A DNA stretch of 64,000 nucleotides from Salegentibacter sp. Its GTDB lineage: Bacteria > Bacteroidota > Bacteroidia > Flavobacteriales > Flavobacteriaceae. The stretch lies in contig JAGXIH010000023.1 of assembly GCA_024635795.1 (NCBI GenBank), positions 10,441 through 74,440 of the forward strand. The letters are read 5' to 3'. Positions 30,215 through 42,754 of this stretch are shown here, one piece after another. Position numbers and translations under genes: made by a program. A model generated the notes under the pieces. The model saw nothing but the letters and a program-made list of their open reading frames with translations. It did not search any database and had not been told where the DNA came from. Each line of letters starts with the position of its first letter. Position 1 is the first letter of the stretch.

Positions 30215-31255
30215 ATGAAGAAAATAATTCTAAGTCTCTTTGGTTTGATTTTGATGTTTGGATGTAAGAATTCCGAAGAAAAACAAACAGAAGAAAAGGA
30301 ATCTAAAGAAGTAAATGTTTATACGCACCGTCACTACGAATCAGATCAACAATTGTTCAAACAATTTGAAGAAGAAACGGGAATAAAGGTGAATGTAATT
30401 AACGCCAGCGCCGATGAACTCATCCAAAAAATGAGTATGGAAGGAGAGCAGTCTCCTGCCGATGTTTTAATTACTGTTGATGCCGGAAGATTGGAGCGGG
30501 CAAAATCAAAGGATCTGCTGCAACCCATCGAGTCTGAAGTTCTGGAAAATACTATTGCTTCTCATTTAAAAGACACCGACAATTATTGGTTTGCCCTTAC
30601 CAAGCGCGCCCGGGTAATAGCTTATGCTAAAGACCGCGTAAATCCCGAAGAGCTCTCTACTTACGAAGACCTGGCTTCAGAAAAATGGAACGGGAAGTTG
30701 CTTATCCGCAGTTCAGGGAATATCTATAACCAGAGTTTAATGGCTTCTATGATCGTGAATAACGGGGAAGAAGAAGCTAAAAAATGGGCAGAAGACGTGG
30801 TAGATAATATGGCACGTTCTCCAAAAGGAAACGATCGGGACCAGGTGAAAGCCGTGGTTGCCGGTGAAGGAGACCTGGCGATTGTGAACACCTATTACAT
30901 TGGTAAAATGCTTAATTCTGATGATCCGGAAGAAGTTAAGGCCGGAGAAAAGGTTGGATTGTTCTTCCCTAATCAGGAGGGGCGTGGCACCCATATTAAT
31001 GTGAGTGGTGCCGGAGTAGCTAAATATGCTCCTAATAAAGAAAATGCCATAAAATTCATTGAATTTCTGGTTTCAGAAGAAGCTCAGAAGATCTTCGCAC
31101 ACTCCAATTATGAATATCCGGTGAATGACGCCGTGGAGCCTGCGGCACTGTTACAGGAATGGGGAGAATTCAAAGAAGACACCTTAAACCTTTCGCAGCT
31201 TGGGCAAAACAATAAAAAGGCGGTAATGCTATTCGATGAAGCAGGCTGGAAGTAG
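30215..31255 (+). CDS. Fe(3+) ABC transporter substrate-binding lipoprotein (FutA/FbpA-like)
   Basis: Lipobox MFGC, with VYTHRHY, SPADVLITVDAG, NTYY and HINVSG motifs. Confidence 0.93.
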   Translation: MKKIILSLFGLILMFGCKNSEEKQTEEKESKEVNVYTHRHYESDQQLFKQFEEETGIKVNVINASADELIQKMSMEGEQSPADVLITVDAGRLERAKSKDLLQPIESEVLENTIASHLKDTDNYWFALTKRARVIAYAKDRVNPEELSTYEDLASEKWNGKLLIRSSGNIYNQSLMASMIVNNGEEEAKKWAEDVVDNMARSPKGNDRDQVKAVVAGEGDLAIVNTYYIGKMLNSDDPEEVKAGEKVGLFFPNQEGRGTHINVSGAGVAKYAPNKENAIKFIEFLVSEEAQKIFAHSNYEYPVNDAVEPAALLQEWGEFKEDTLNLSQLGQNNKKAVMLFDEAGWK

Positions 31256-32897
31256 TAACATATTTTCTTTAAAGTCAAGGCTTAATCGTCTTAAAAGAGA
31301 TACCAACAGATGGTCGGTTTTTACGCTGGCCATCGTTGGTTTTATAGCCTTACCAATTATTTCAATTGGCATCAAACTTTTTGCAGGTCCGGGGGAAACC
31401 TGGGGCCATCTTGTTGATAATCTTTTTGTAGATTATATAGGGAATTCTTTTTTCCTGGTTTTTTTCTGTAGCGTTTTGGTGCTTTTATTTGGGGTGAGCA
31501 GTGCCTGGCTAGTGTCCCGATTCGAATTTCCATTTAGGAAACAAATGGAATGGCTGCTTATACTTCCGTTGGCCATTCCTTCTTATATCGTAGCCTATGC
31601 CTATGCAGGGATCTTTGATTACGGGGGGAGTTTTGAGCTATTGCTAAGATTTTTTAATATGGAGTTCATCCGTATTGATATGATGAATAAATACGGACTC
31701 GCTTTCGTGCTCAGTATTTCGCTATTCCCTTATGTGTATGTAAGTTCCAGGGCATTTTTTCTGGACCAGGCCGGAAACCTGCTCGAGGCTTCTACCATGT
31801 TGGGAATCGGAGAATTCAGGTCATTTTTTAAGCTGATATTACCATTAGCCCGTCCGGCAATTATCGCCGGACTTATCTTGGTTCTAATGGAAGTGCTTAA
31901 CGATTACGGGGCAGCCCAGTATTTTGGGGTCAATACTTTTACCACCGGAATCTTCAGGGCCTGGTTTGCCTTAGAAGAACCGGAAACAGCGATCTATCTT
32001 TCAGCTTTACTGATCACTTTCGTCTTTGCGCTTATTTTATTTGAAAAATGGCAAAGAAAAAACATGCAGGTGGCTTCTCAAAAAGCTTCAAAATTTTCCC
32101 ATCGGAAAGAATTCAAGAAATCGGCGCAATGGCTTATTTTCTTAATTGTTCTAATTCCGGTGAGCTTTGGTTTTTTTATTCCATTATCACAGCTTATCTA
32201 TTGGGCCGTGCTTACTGCCGGAAATGTTTTTGATCTGGATTTTCTGATGTTGTCCCTGCAAAGTTTCTGGATCGCCTTTGTTACATCTGTGGTTACTGTA
32301 ATATTTGCAACATTGCTGATTTATTTTGCCAAATGGAGCAGTATCAGTACTGTGAAAAGTATTTCTAAACTCGGGATTTTGGGCTATGCAATTCCCGGAG
32401 CGGTTGTGGCCATAGGAATTATGATTCCAACGCTGGCTTTAGATAAATGGATTATCGGAGTAATGAATGATTACTTCGGAATAAGCACAGGCTTGCTCAT
32501 TAACGGAAGCCTGGTAGCACTGGTCTATGCCTATGCTGTCCGGTTTTTGGCGGTGGCCTACAACCCGATTGAATCTACCGGATTAAAAGTGAGCAGTAGC
32601 ATACCCGATTCTTCCAGGATGCTGGGGGTGGGGCATTTTAAAACTTTTTTCCGGGTGGAATTTCCGCTTATAAAAACCGGGATACTCAGTGCTATAATTC
32701 TTGTTTTTATCGATGTAATGAAGGAGTTACCACTAACGCTTATCCTGAAACCTTTTCATATAAACACCCTGGCGGTGAAAGCCTTTGAATATGCCAGCGA
32801 CGAAATGGTTATGGAAGCTGCCATTCCTTCATTATTTATTATATTCACGGCAGCAATTCCGGTGATATTTCTCAACAGGTTACTTATAAAAGATTGA
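31236..32897 (+). CDS. Fe(3+) ABC transporter permease (FutB/FbpB-like)
   Basis: Two permease repeats (LPLAIPSY, GYAIPG, MKELPLTL). Exact start uncertain. Confidence 0.92.
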   Translation: MKQAGSSNIFSLKSRLNRLKRDTNRWSVFTLAIVGFIALPIISIGIKLFAGPGETWGHLVDNLFVDYIGNSFFLVFFCSVLVLLFGVSSAWLVSRFEFPFRKQMEWLLILPLAIPSYIVAYAYAGIFDYGGSFELLLRFFNMEFIRIDMMNKYGLAFVLSISLFPYVYVSSRAFFLDQAGNLLEASTMLGIGEFRSFFKLILPLARPAIIAGLILVLMEVLNDYGAAQYFGVNTFTTGIFRAWFALEEPETAIYLSALLITFVFALILFEKWQRKNMQVASQKASKFSHRKEFKKSAQWLIFLIVLIPVSFGFFIPLSQLIYWAVLTAGNVFDLDFLMLSLQSFWIAFVTSVVTVIFATLLIYFAKWSSISTVKSISKLGILGYAIPGAVVAIGIMIPTLALDKWIIGVMNDYFGISTGLLINGSLVALVYAYAVRFLAVAYNPIESTGLKVSSSIPDSSRMLGVGHFKTFFRVEFPLIKTGILSAIILVFIDVMKELPLTLILKPFHINTLAVKAFEYASDEMVMEAAIPSLFIIFTAAIPVIFLNRLLIKD

Positions 32898-33886
32898 AGA
32901 TGCTGATTGTTGATTCCCTTTCCAAAAGCTTTGATAAAGGCAAAAGTTTTGCCCTAAAAGATGTCTCCTTTAAGCTGGAGCAGGGTGATGTTTGTGCGAT
33001 AGTAGGAGAGAGCGGAAGCGGGAAAACAACCCTGGTGCGCCTTATCGCTGGTTTAGAAAGACCTGATGGAGGTGTGATAAACCTGGAAGGCAAAGAGGTT
33101 TCTTCGATAAAGAAATTGGTGCCACCCGAAAAAAGAAATATTGGACTGGTTTTCCAGGAGTATGCACTTTTTCCGCATTTCGATTTATTGAAAAATGTAA
33201 TGTATGGAATTTCAAAGCTGAAAAACAAAAAGGAGCGCGCAAAGGAAATTCTCGAACTCGTTGGTCTAAGCGGAATGGAGCATCGTTATCCGCATCAACT
33301 GTCGGGAGGGCAGCAACAAAGGGTTGCCCTGGCCAGGGCTTTAGCACCCAATCCATCTTTGCTTATTTTGGATGAACCCTTTAGCAACCTTGATGCGATG
33401 TTAAGGATGCAGCTGAGAAGCCAGGTTTTTGAGATCATAAAAAAAACAGGAGTTACTGCCATTTTTGTAACTCACGATACCCAGGATGCACTCTCTGTAG
33501 CCGATGAGATCCTTATTCTTCAGAATGGGAAAATAATTCAGAAAGATCAGCCGGCTAATTTATATATCAAACCTTCTTCTATTTATGTAGCCTCATTGTT
33601 CGGAAATACCATTCAGCTGAATAAAGAAATGCAAACGGCCTTTGACTGCCCACTTAACCCAAAATGCGATCACGCCATCCGCAATGAGAATTTGAGTATA
33701 AATGAAGAGTGCGAGTATGTTACTCACGCCAGGGTACTGAAAAAGACTTTTTTGGGTACAGGAACGCAGTTACTGCTGAAGCTTGATAACGGTCAGAAAA
33801 TTTCAGTGATCACCAAAGAGCGCGAAGTAGCCGATCGTATTAAAATAGGATTTAACTCTACCGATCTCCTGGAATTTGCCGGGTAA
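32894..33886 (+). CDS. Fe(3+) ABC transporter ATPase (FutC/FbpC-like)
   Basis: GESGSGKTT, LSGGQQQR and DEPFSNLD. Start is TTG 32894 or ATG 32900. Confidence 0.92.
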   Translation: MKMLIVDSLSKSFDKGKSFALKDVSFKLEQGDVCAIVGESGSGKTTLVRLIAGLERPDGGVINLEGKEVSSIKKLVPPEKRNIGLVFQEYALFPHFDLLKNVMYGISKLKNKKERAKEILELVGLSGMEHRYPHQLSGGQQQRVALARALAPNPSLLILDEPFSNLDAMLRMQLRSQVFEIIKKTGVTAIFVTHDTQDALSVADEILILQNGKIIQKDQPANLYIKPSSIYVASLFGNTIQLNKEMQTAFDCPLNPKCDHAIRNENLSINEECEYVTHARVLKKTFLGTGTQLLLKLDNGQKISVITKEREVADRIKIGFNSTDLLEFAG

Positions 33887-33927
33887 GGCTTTCTAAAGGA
33901 AAGCTTTTGTAACTTATTCTGTTTTAA

Positions 33928-35454
<1,527 letters not shown>

Positions 35455-35477
35455 ATTTCACGATAATATTTAAAACA

Positions 35478-35505
35478 AAAAACCCGGCACCTGCCGGGTT
35501 TTTTT
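35478..35505. terminator. Bidirectional terminator
   Basis: AAAAACCCGGCA-CC-TGCCGGGTTTTTTT. Confidence 0.8.
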
Positions 35506-35525
35506 ATGTTGATAAAGGCAGAAGT

Positions 35526-36059
35526 TTATTCTTCCTCCTGAACTTCACTAAGATCACTAAGATCTATGCCTAATTTTAATAGGACTTTTTCGGTAATATC
35601 AAAGCGTTCATCGGCAAAGGCTAGGCTGTTACCATTGGCGTGAAATATTTGAGTATAACCGTCTTCCTGGATTACCTGCTGCATCGCCTGATTGATCTCA
35701 TCATACAGGGGTTTTGTAAGTTCGTTTTTGCGCATCTGCATCATTACAGAAGCTCGCTGGCGAAAACCTTTAATGTCATTCTCAAGACCGATTATTTCAT
35801 TTTCTTTTTCGGCTCTTTCCTCTTCTGTTAAAGCTTCCCGATCTTTCTGGTAGACCTCGATCAGGCCCTCATATTCCTTGATGGTTTCCTGAAGGTCTTC
35901 CTGCATCTCAGTGTTATAGTCTTGTAAACCAAGATTCACTTCTTCCATAGCGGGCATTTGGGCAAGTATATAATCGGCATCAATAGTCCCGGTTTTAGTT
36001 TGGGCATTGGCGATATGGCCTATGAGTACAAAAGCAATTAATAAAGATATTTTTTTCAT
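35526..36059 (-). CDS. OmpH/Skp family periplasmic chaperone
   Basis: Signal peptide from ATG 36059, KTGTIDADYIL, coiled coil and DITEKVL. Confidence 0.88.
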   Translation of the reverse strand: MKKISLLIAFVLIGHIANAQTKTGTIDADYILAQMPAMEEVNLGLQDYNTEMQEDLQETIKEYEGLIEVYQKDREALTEEERAEKENEIIGLENDIKGFRQRASVMMQMRKNELTKPLYDEINQAMQQVIQEDGYTQIFHANGNSLAFADERFDITEKVLLKLGIDLSDLSEVQEEE

Positions 36060-36362
36060 AATTGAATAAATTTTTGGCAAATATAACCGCACAGTTGGTT
36101 TAATCACAGTTTTTATTTAATAAAAACGGTAAAAAACTATCAGGTGAAACTTTATAAGACTTTTTCTATTCTGAATTGATAAAAATCTTAATCAGAATGT
36201 TTCAGAAATTAATTAAAAGGAATAATAATTTCCAAAAGAAATAATCGTTTTTGGATTAGCTTGTAGAACCTAAAGGAATTCTTATTTTTGCTCTCATTTA
36301 AGAGGCGCAGGAGTAGCTGTTTGTAATTGGTATATAAATTGCTGGCCTTAACCAAAAAAGTA

Positions 36363-37223
36363 TTGAAAAGTATACATCGATTTTTAATAATTATACTGTT
36401 GGCCTTCGGGGTGACAGCCTGTAATTTATTTGAAGAAACCGAGGAGCGAAAAGTGGTGGTAAGGGTTAATGATTCTTATCTTTATGAAGAAGATATCAAT
36501 GATCTTCTTAATGAAGACACCAGTCCCGAAGACAGCAGCCTGATCGTATCTACTTATATTACCCGCTGGGCTACCCAGCAATTGATTATAGACCGGGCCC
36601 GGCTCAATCTTACTGAAGAACAACAGCAAGAATTCAACGATTTGGTGGAGAATTACAGAAACGAACTCTACACCAATGCCTATACTGAGGCCCTGGCCAG
36701 AAAGAATATGGATACCAGCTTTAGCGAGACAGAGCTTGAAACTTATTATGAAGAGAATAAAGAAAACTTTAAATTAAGGGAAGATTTGGTGAAATTAAGG
36801 TATATAAACCTTGATAAAAACCTTAATAATCTTAAGCAAATCAAAACCTGGTTTGAGCGGTTTAATGAAGAAGACAGGCAGGAACTTGATAAAATTGCGC
36901 TTCAGTTTAAAAATTATTCCTTTAATGATTCGGTTTGGGTAAAAACCAAATCGGTTTATGAAAAAATAAAACCTTTAAGCGTAGAAGACCGATCAGACTT
37001 GCTTAAAACTTCTAATTTTCTTCAGCTTGAAGATTCTTTAGGCGTATATTTGATCTATGTTAACGATGTTTTGGAGAAGAATGAACAGGCGCCAATAGAA
37101 TATGCCCGGCCCTCGATAAAACAGATTTTGCTGAATAAAAGAAAGCTTGATCTAACAAAAGAACTTGAAAAAGAAATTACAAAAGATGCAATTAAAAACA
37201 ATCAATTTGAGATTCACGACTAA
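36363..37223 (+). CDS. PpiC/SurA-associated lipoprotein
   Basis: TTG start and lipobox VTAC, with VVRVNDSYLY and IKQILLNKRK. Lies directly upstream of the SurA-like gene. Confidence 0.8.
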   Translation: MKSIHRFLIIILLAFGVTACNLFEETEERKVVVRVNDSYLYEEDINDLLNEDTSPEDSSLIVSTYITRWATQQLIIDRARLNLTEEQQQEFNDLVENYRNELYTNAYTEALARKNMDTSFSETELETYYEENKENFKLREDLVKLRYINLDKNLNNLKQIKTWFERFNEEDRQELDKIALQFKNYSFNDSVWVKTKSVYEKIKPLSVEDRSDLLKTSNFLQLEDSLGVYLIYVNDVLEKNEQAPIEYARPSIKQILLNKRKLDLTKELEKEITKDAIKNNQFEIHD

Positions 37224-38640
37224 GCTTTGCGCATTCATATTCGGATTATTTTTTAGTACGAATTCTTTTGCACAGGATGTCATAGTAACAGACAGCACTG
37301 CGATTCAACCTGAAGAGGAATTAGCGCAGAATACCACCAAAGATGGTGATTTTAAGCGTAGGAAAGTAGATGGAATCGCCGCCGTAATTGGAGATTATAT
37401 TGTCCTGGAAAGCGATGTTCAGCTTATGTATAAAGATATGCAAAGCCAGGGGATGTCTACCGCAGGAATCACCGACTGCGAGTTGGCAGGTTCCCTTATG
37501 GAAAACAAGCTTTATGCACACCACGCCATTCAGGATAGTATTATAATTATGGATGCTGAAATCAATAATTATATCGATCAGCAAATTAGCCAGATGGTAA
37601 ATCAGGTGGGCTCTATGGAAAAGGTGCTTGAATTCTATAAGAAAGATACCGAAGAGGAATTTCGCAGTGAGTTGTTTGAGCTTAACAAGGAAAGACAACT
37701 TGCCAGCCGTATGCAGCAGCGTATCATTGAAAATGTAGAGATCACCCCTGAGGAAGTAAGAGAATACTTCGATAATATTCCTGAAGATCAACTTCCAATG
37801 TTTGGAGAAGAGGTGGAGCTTGCGCAAATCGTGATAAAACCTGAAATCCCTGAATCTGAAAAAAATAAAGTTATCTCACGCCTAAATGAATTTAAGGCCG
37901 ATGTTGAAGATAACGATGCTAATTTTGGAACCAAGGCTATATTATATAGTCAGGATCCCGGAAGCGCCAGTAACGGAGGGCAAATAAGCCTTTCCCGAAA
38001 AGATAATTTTGTACAGGAATTCAAGGATGTAGCTTTCAGCCTTCAGCAAGGAGAGGTGAGTGAACCTTTTGAAACTGAATTTGGATTCCATATTATCCAG
38101 GTAGACCGTATTCGCGGCCAAACCGTAGACCTCCGTCACATTTTGCTTATTCCCGATGTGAATAACCAGTCTGTGGAAGAGGCCAAAAGTGAGATAGACA
38201 GTATTCGTAAGAGAGTAAAAGAAGGAGTACTGGATTTTGGCGAAGCTGCGAAAGAATTTTCAGATGAAGAAGAAACCAGAAATGATGGCGGGCGTCTTAT
38301 GAACCCACAAACGGGAGATACACGTTTCGAGCTTTCGAAAGTAGATCCAAAACTTTACGACCAGATAGGGGAATTGCAGGAAGGGGAATTATCCCGAAGG
38401 TTAATCGAGCAGGACCGCACCGGACGCCCAACTTTTAAACTGATAAGAGTGACTAAAAGAATTCCGGAGCATAAGGCCAATTATTCTACCGATTATATGA
38501 AAATTAAGCAGCTCGCCCTGCGTGATAAACAGATGGAAGCTATTGAGGAATGGCAGAAGACGAAGATAGAAGAAACTTATGTGAAGATTAGTGGTGATTA
38601 CCGCGGCTGCGAGTATAGTAGTAACTGGCTTAAAAAGTAA
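37186..38640 (+). CDS. surA: SurA-like peptidyl-prolyl isomerase
   Basis: VDGIAAVIGD N-domain and two parvulin domains (YSQDPGS, PFETEFGFHII). Confidence 0.88.
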   Translation: MQLKTINLRFTTKLCAFIFGLFFSTNSFAQDVIVTDSTAIQPEEELAQNTTKDGDFKRRKVDGIAAVIGDYIVLESDVQLMYKDMQSQGMSTAGITDCELAGSLMENKLYAHHAIQDSIIIMDAEINNYIDQQISQMVNQVGSMEKVLEFYKKDTEEEFRSELFELNKERQLASRMQQRIIENVEITPEEVREYFDNIPEDQLPMFGEEVELAQIVIKPEIPESEKNKVISRLNEFKADVEDNDANFGTKAILYSQDPGSASNGGQISLSRKDNFVQEFKDVAFSLQQGEVSEPFETEFGFHIIQVDRIRGQTVDLRHILLIPDVNNQSVEEAKSEIDSIRKRVKEGVLDFGEAAKEFSDEEETRNDGGRLMNPQTGDTRFELSKVDPKLYDQIGELQEGELSRRLIEQDRTGRPTFKLIRVTKRIPEHKANYSTDYMKIKQLALRDKQMEAIEEWQKTKIEETYVKISGDYRGCEYSSNWLKK

Positions 38641-38645
38641 AAAAG

Positions 38646-39599
38646 ATGTCTGACGTTGCACTGGTAGAAAAACTGGTTGAAAAAAACCGGCAATTAAAAA
38701 AAGAGATTGCCAGGATTATCGTTGGACAGGATAAAGTTATAGATCAAATTTTGCTCTCCGTTTTCTCTGGAGGGCATTCTTTGTTAATAGGGGTGCCGGG
38801 GCTGGCAAAGACCTTAATGGTTAATACTATAGCTAAGACCCTTGGTCTTGATTTTAAACGAATTCAGTTTACCCCAGATTTAATGCCCAGTGATATTCTG
38901 GGAGCCGAGATCCTGGATGAAAACCGTCATTTTAAATTTATAAAAGGTCCAATCTTCGCAAATATCATCCTGGCCGATGAGATTAACAGGACCCCACCAA
39001 AAACACAGGCCGCTTTGCTCGAGGCAATGCAGGAGCGTGCGGTTACTGTGGCCGGTCATCATTATAAGCTGGCCAAGCCATATTTTGTCCTTGCGACTCA
39101 AAACCCTATCGAGCAGGAGGGAACCTATCCCTTGCCGGAGGCACAACTAGACCGTTTTATGTTTGCTATTAATCTGGAATACCCCAGTTTTGAAGAAGAG
39201 GTAAATGTGGTGAAGAATACCACTTCTGATGAGGAGGTAGAAGTTGATGCTTTGTTCAATGCTGAAGAAATTATCCAGATACAACATCTTATAAGAAGAA
39301 TTCCCGTAGCCGATAATGTAGTTGAATATGCGGTTAGGTTAGTTGGGAAAACCCGACCCTCATCCGATGCTGCACCTGAACTGGTTAAAAATTATCTTGA
39401 TTGGGGTGCAGGTCCCAGAGCCTCTCAAAATTTAATACTTGCCGCTAAGGCTAATGCCGCAGTTAATGGCAAATTTTCACCTGATATCGAAGACGTTCAA
39501 AAAGTGGCCATTGGCATCCTGCGTCATCGAATTATCAAAAACTACAAGGCCGAGGCTGAAGGCATTTCCGAAGAGAAAATAATTACCGAATTATTTTAG
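38646..39599 (+). CDS. MoxR-family AAA+ ATPase
   Basis: GVPGLAKT, RIQFTPDLMPSD, DEINR and LPEAQLDRF motifs. Confidence 0.95.
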   Translation: MSDVALVEKLVEKNRQLKKEIARIIVGQDKVIDQILLSVFSGGHSLLIGVPGLAKTLMVNTIAKTLGLDFKRIQFTPDLMPSDILGAEILDENRHFKFIKGPIFANIILADEINRTPPKTQAALLEAMQERAVTVAGHHYKLAKPYFVLATQNPIEQEGTYPLPEAQLDRFMFAINLEYPSFEEEVNVVKNTTSDEEVEVDALFNAEEIIQIQHLIRRIPVADNVVEYAVRLVGKTRPSSDAAPELVKNYLDWGAGPRASQNLILAAKANAAVNGKFSPDIEDVQKVAIGILRHRIIKNYKAEAEGISEEKIITELF

Positions 39600-39802
39600 A
39601 AAGATTTCTTTTTCAAAAATGGAACCCTTATTATCAATATCGTAATTTCTTATTGTTTATTTTAATATTCCATAATTTTATCCTGTAAAATTTAAATATA
39701 ATTGAATTATTTTCAAGTAATTTTGATATTAGGTTCTAATTTTTAAAATCCGCCTGAATTCCGTAAATTTGCGAGACTTTTTAGAACTTAAATACAACAA
39801 AT

Positions 39803-42070
39803 ATGGCATTCGATATTGATATGATCAAGAAGGTGTACAGCCAAATGCCCGAGCGAGTGAATAAAGCACGCGAGGTGGTTGGAAAACCTTTAACCCTTTC
39901 AGAAAAAATCCTTTATTCTCACTTGTGGGATGGCGAAGTAAAAGAGGCTTACCAAAGAGGAAAAGATTATGTAGATTTTGCTCCAGACAGGATTGCCTGC
40001 CAGGATGCAACTGCTCAAATGGCATTGCTGCAATTTATGCAAGCCGGTAAAAAGGAGGTGGCAGTTCCAACTACTGTGCATTGTGATCACCTTATCCAGG
40101 CTAAAATGGGTGCCGTAATAGATTTGCAAGCTGCCAATAAATCAAGTCACGAAGTTTTTGAATTTTTGGAATCGGTTTCCAATAAATACGGAATTGGTTT
40201 CTGGAAACCGGGAGCAGGGATAATCCACCAGGTGGTTCTTGAAAATTATGCTTTCCCCGGGGGAATGATGATCGGTACAGATTCTCACACCGTAAATGCC
40301 GGTGGTCTTGGAATGGTCGCGATAGGTGTTGGCGGTGCTGATGCCGTTGATGTAATGGCCGGGATGGCCTGGGAACTTAAATTCCCAAAACTTATTGGGG
40401 TGAAGCTAACCGGAAAACTTTCCGGGTGGACCTCAGCTAAAGATGTGATCTTAAAAGTAGCCGGAATTCTTACCGTTAAAGGTGGAACCGGAGCTATTAT
40501 AGAATATTTCGGCGAAGGGGCCCGCTCAATGTCGGCTACCGGAAAAGGAACCATTTGTAATATGGGAGCTGAGGTAGGAGCCACAACTTCAACTTTTGGA
40601 TACGACGATTCTATGGAGCGTTACCTGAAAGCTACCGACCGGGCTGATGTAGCTGAAGCAGCCAACCAGGTAAGAGAGCACTTAACCGGTGATGACGAAG
40701 TTTACGCTAACCCTGAACAATATTTCGATGAGCTAATCGAGATCAACCTTTCAGAATTAAAGCCACACCTTAACGGACCATTTACTCCGGATCTTGCCAC
40801 TCCAATTTCAGAAATGGCCGTTAAAGCCAAAGAAAACGACTGGCCTATAAACGTAGACTGGGGTCTTATTGGTTCATGTACCAACTCTTCTTATGAAGAT
40901 CTTACCCGTGCGGCTTCAATTGCAAAGCAGGCTGTGGATAAGAAAATTAAAGCAAAATCAGATTTTGGTATCAATCCCGGATCAGAGCAAATTAGATTTA
41001 CTGCCGAGCGGGACGGACTGCTGCAAATCTTTGAAGATCTTGATGCAACTATATTCACTAATGCGTGTGGACCTTGTATTGGTCAATGGGATCGAAGCGA
41101 CCGTAAAGGAGAAGAAAAGAATACAATTGTGCATTCCTTTAACCGTAACTTCTCTAAACGTGCCGATGGTAACCCGAATACCCACGCTTTTGTAGGTTCA
41201 CCGGAAATGGTTGCCGCTATTGCTATCTCAGGTCGTCTTGATTTTGATCCAACCCGTGATAAGCTTATCAATGAAGATGGGGAGGAAGTGATGCTGGACG
41301 AACCAAAAGGAATAGAATTACCAGAAAAAGGTTTCGCTGTTGAAGATGCGGGTTATATTCCACCGAAAGAGGACGGAAATTCTGTTGAGGTGAAAGTAGC
41401 TGAAGATAGTGAGCGTTTAGAATTGTTGACTCCTTTTGAGCCCTGGGATGGTAAAAACATTACCGAAGCCAAATTACTTATAAAAGCATTTGGAAAATGT
41501 ACTACAGACCATATTTCAATGGCTGGGCCCTGGTTACGTTACCGTGGTCACCTTGATAATATTTCCAATAATATGCTTATTGGAGCCATCAATGCTTTTA
41601 ATAAGAAGACTAATTTTGTTAAGAACCAACTAACCGGTGAGTATGATGGTGTGCCCAGCGTACAGCGTGAATACAAAAAAGCGGGAGTTCCAACTGTTGT
41701 GGTAGGAGATCATAACTATGGAGAAGGTTCTTCCAGAGAGCACGCGGCTATGGAACCACGTCATCTTGGGGTGAAAGTGGTACTGGTTAAATCTTTTGCC
41801 CGAATTCACGAGACAAACCTTAAAAAGCAAGGTTTACTTGGGGTGACCTTTGATAATGAAAGCGATTATGACCTTATTCAAGAAGATGACACCTTTAACC
41901 TTATAGATTTGGAAGACTTTGCTCCAAATAAGCAAATCACTATTGAAGTGGTTCATGCCGATGGCAGCAAGGATACTATAAAAGCCAATCATACTTATAA
42001 TAATTCTCAAATAGAATGGTATAAGCACGGTTCAGCTCTAAACCTGATCAAAAAGCAAAATGGTGCATAA
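39803..42070 (+). CDS. acn: Aconitate hydratase (mitochondrial-like type)
   Basis: [35 protein letters not shown] and GSSREHAA motifs. Promoter TAAATTTG at 39764-39771. Confidence 0.96.
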   Translation: MAFDIDMIKKVYSQMPERVNKAREVVGKPLTLSEKILYSHLWDGEVKEAYQRGKDYVDFAPDRIACQDATAQMALLQFMQAGKKEVAVPTTVHCDHLIQAKMGAVIDLQAANKSSHEVFEFLESVSNKYGIGFWKPGAGIIHQVVLENYAFPGGMMIGTDSHTVNAGGLGMVAIGVGGADAVDVMAGMAWELKFPKLIGVKLTGKLSGWTSAKDVILKVAGILTVKGGTGAIIEYFGEGARSMSATGKGTICNMGAEVGATTSTFGYDDSMERYLKATDRADVAEAANQVREHLTGDDEVYANPEQYFDELIEINLSELKPHLNGPFTPDLATPISEMAVKAKENDWPINVDWGLIGSCTNSSYEDLTRAASIAKQAVDKKIKAKSDFGINPGSEQIRFTAERDGLLQIFEDLDATIFTNACGPCIGQWDRSDRKGEEKNTIVHSFNRNFSKRADGNPNTHAFVGSPEMVAAIAISGRLDFDPTRDKLINEDGEEVMLDEPKGIELPEKGFAVEDAGYIPPKEDGNSVEVKVAEDSERLELLTPFEPWDGKNITEAKLLIKAFGKCTTDHISMAGPWLRYRGHLDNISNNMLIGAINAFNKKTNFVKNQLTGEYDGVPSVQREYKKAGVPTVVVGDHNYGEGSSREHAAMEPRHLGVKVVLVKSFARIHETNLKKQGLLGVTFDNESDYDLIQEDDTFNLIDLEDFAPNKQITIEVVHADGSKDTIKANHTYNNSQIEWYKHGSALNLIKKQNGA

Positions 42071-42097
42071 ATAATCCAGGTTTATTATAAATAATAG

Positions 42098-42128
42098 AAT
42101 CCCGCCCATCTTAGGCGGGATTTTTTTT
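42098..42128 (+). terminator. Intrinsic terminator
   Basis: AATCCCGCC...GGCGGGATTTTTTTT. Confidence 0.8.
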
Positions 42129-42187
42129 ACCCAAAATTGGTTTGTTAAGTTTACCTTTGTTTCACGTCTAAACTTGAAATCTGTTTT

Positions 42188-42748
42188 ATGAAGTTTTTCA
42201 AAAATCAATGGTCCAATATTATATTCATAGTATTGATTCTAATTCTCATAATTCCCCAAACCCGCAAACCCATACAAATATTCGTAAATAAGGTGTTTTC
42301 CTTCAGCCCCTCGGTTACCGATGAGGAAGATCGCGAGAAACTTGTCGATTATAACTGGATTCTTGAAAACAACGAGGGAGAAAGAGTTAATTTCTCAGAT
42401 TCTGAAGGCGAAGTGGTAATTGTTAATTACTGGGCTACCTGGTGCCCGCCCTGTATTGCCGAGATGCCGAGCTTCCAGGCTTTATATGAAGATTATAAGA
42501 ATAAGGTAGATTTTTATTTCGTTTCAGGAGAAGAACATTCCACCACGCAAAAGTTTCTCAATTCAAAAGATTATGACATTCCCAGTTACCGGATGCTTTC
42601 AGAAGATCCTAAGCCTATGGATGGTTACTCCCTCCCTACTACTTATCTCATCGATAAAAATGGAGAAATCATTATTAGAAAAATTGGAGCAGCCGACTGG
42701 AATAGTCAAAAATTGAGAAACAAGCTTGACGAACTAATAGCCGAATAA
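42188..42748 (+). CDS. TlpA/ResA-like thiol-disulfide oxidoreductase
   Basis: N-terminal TM anchor and NYWATWCPPCIAEMP. Confidence 0.92.
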   Translation: MKFFKNQWSNIIFIVLILILIIPQTRKPIQIFVNKVFSFSPSVTDEEDREKLVDYNWILENNEGERVNFSDSEGEVVIVNYWATWCPPCIAEMPSFQALYEDYKNKVDFYFVSGEEHSTTQKFLNSKDYDIPSYRMLSEDPKPMDGYSLPTTYLIDKNGEIIIRKIGAADWNSQKLRNKLDELIAE

Positions 42749-42754
42749 GTTTTT

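Noticed and set aside
36291-36362. Possible riboswitch in the SurA-operon leader
   Set aside because: Only short weak stems are present, with no recognisable aptamer consensus.
39600-39802. Very AT-rich spacer before aconitase as an origin or sRNA
   Set aside because: It shows no repeated boxes or stable structure and contains an ordinary promoter motif.
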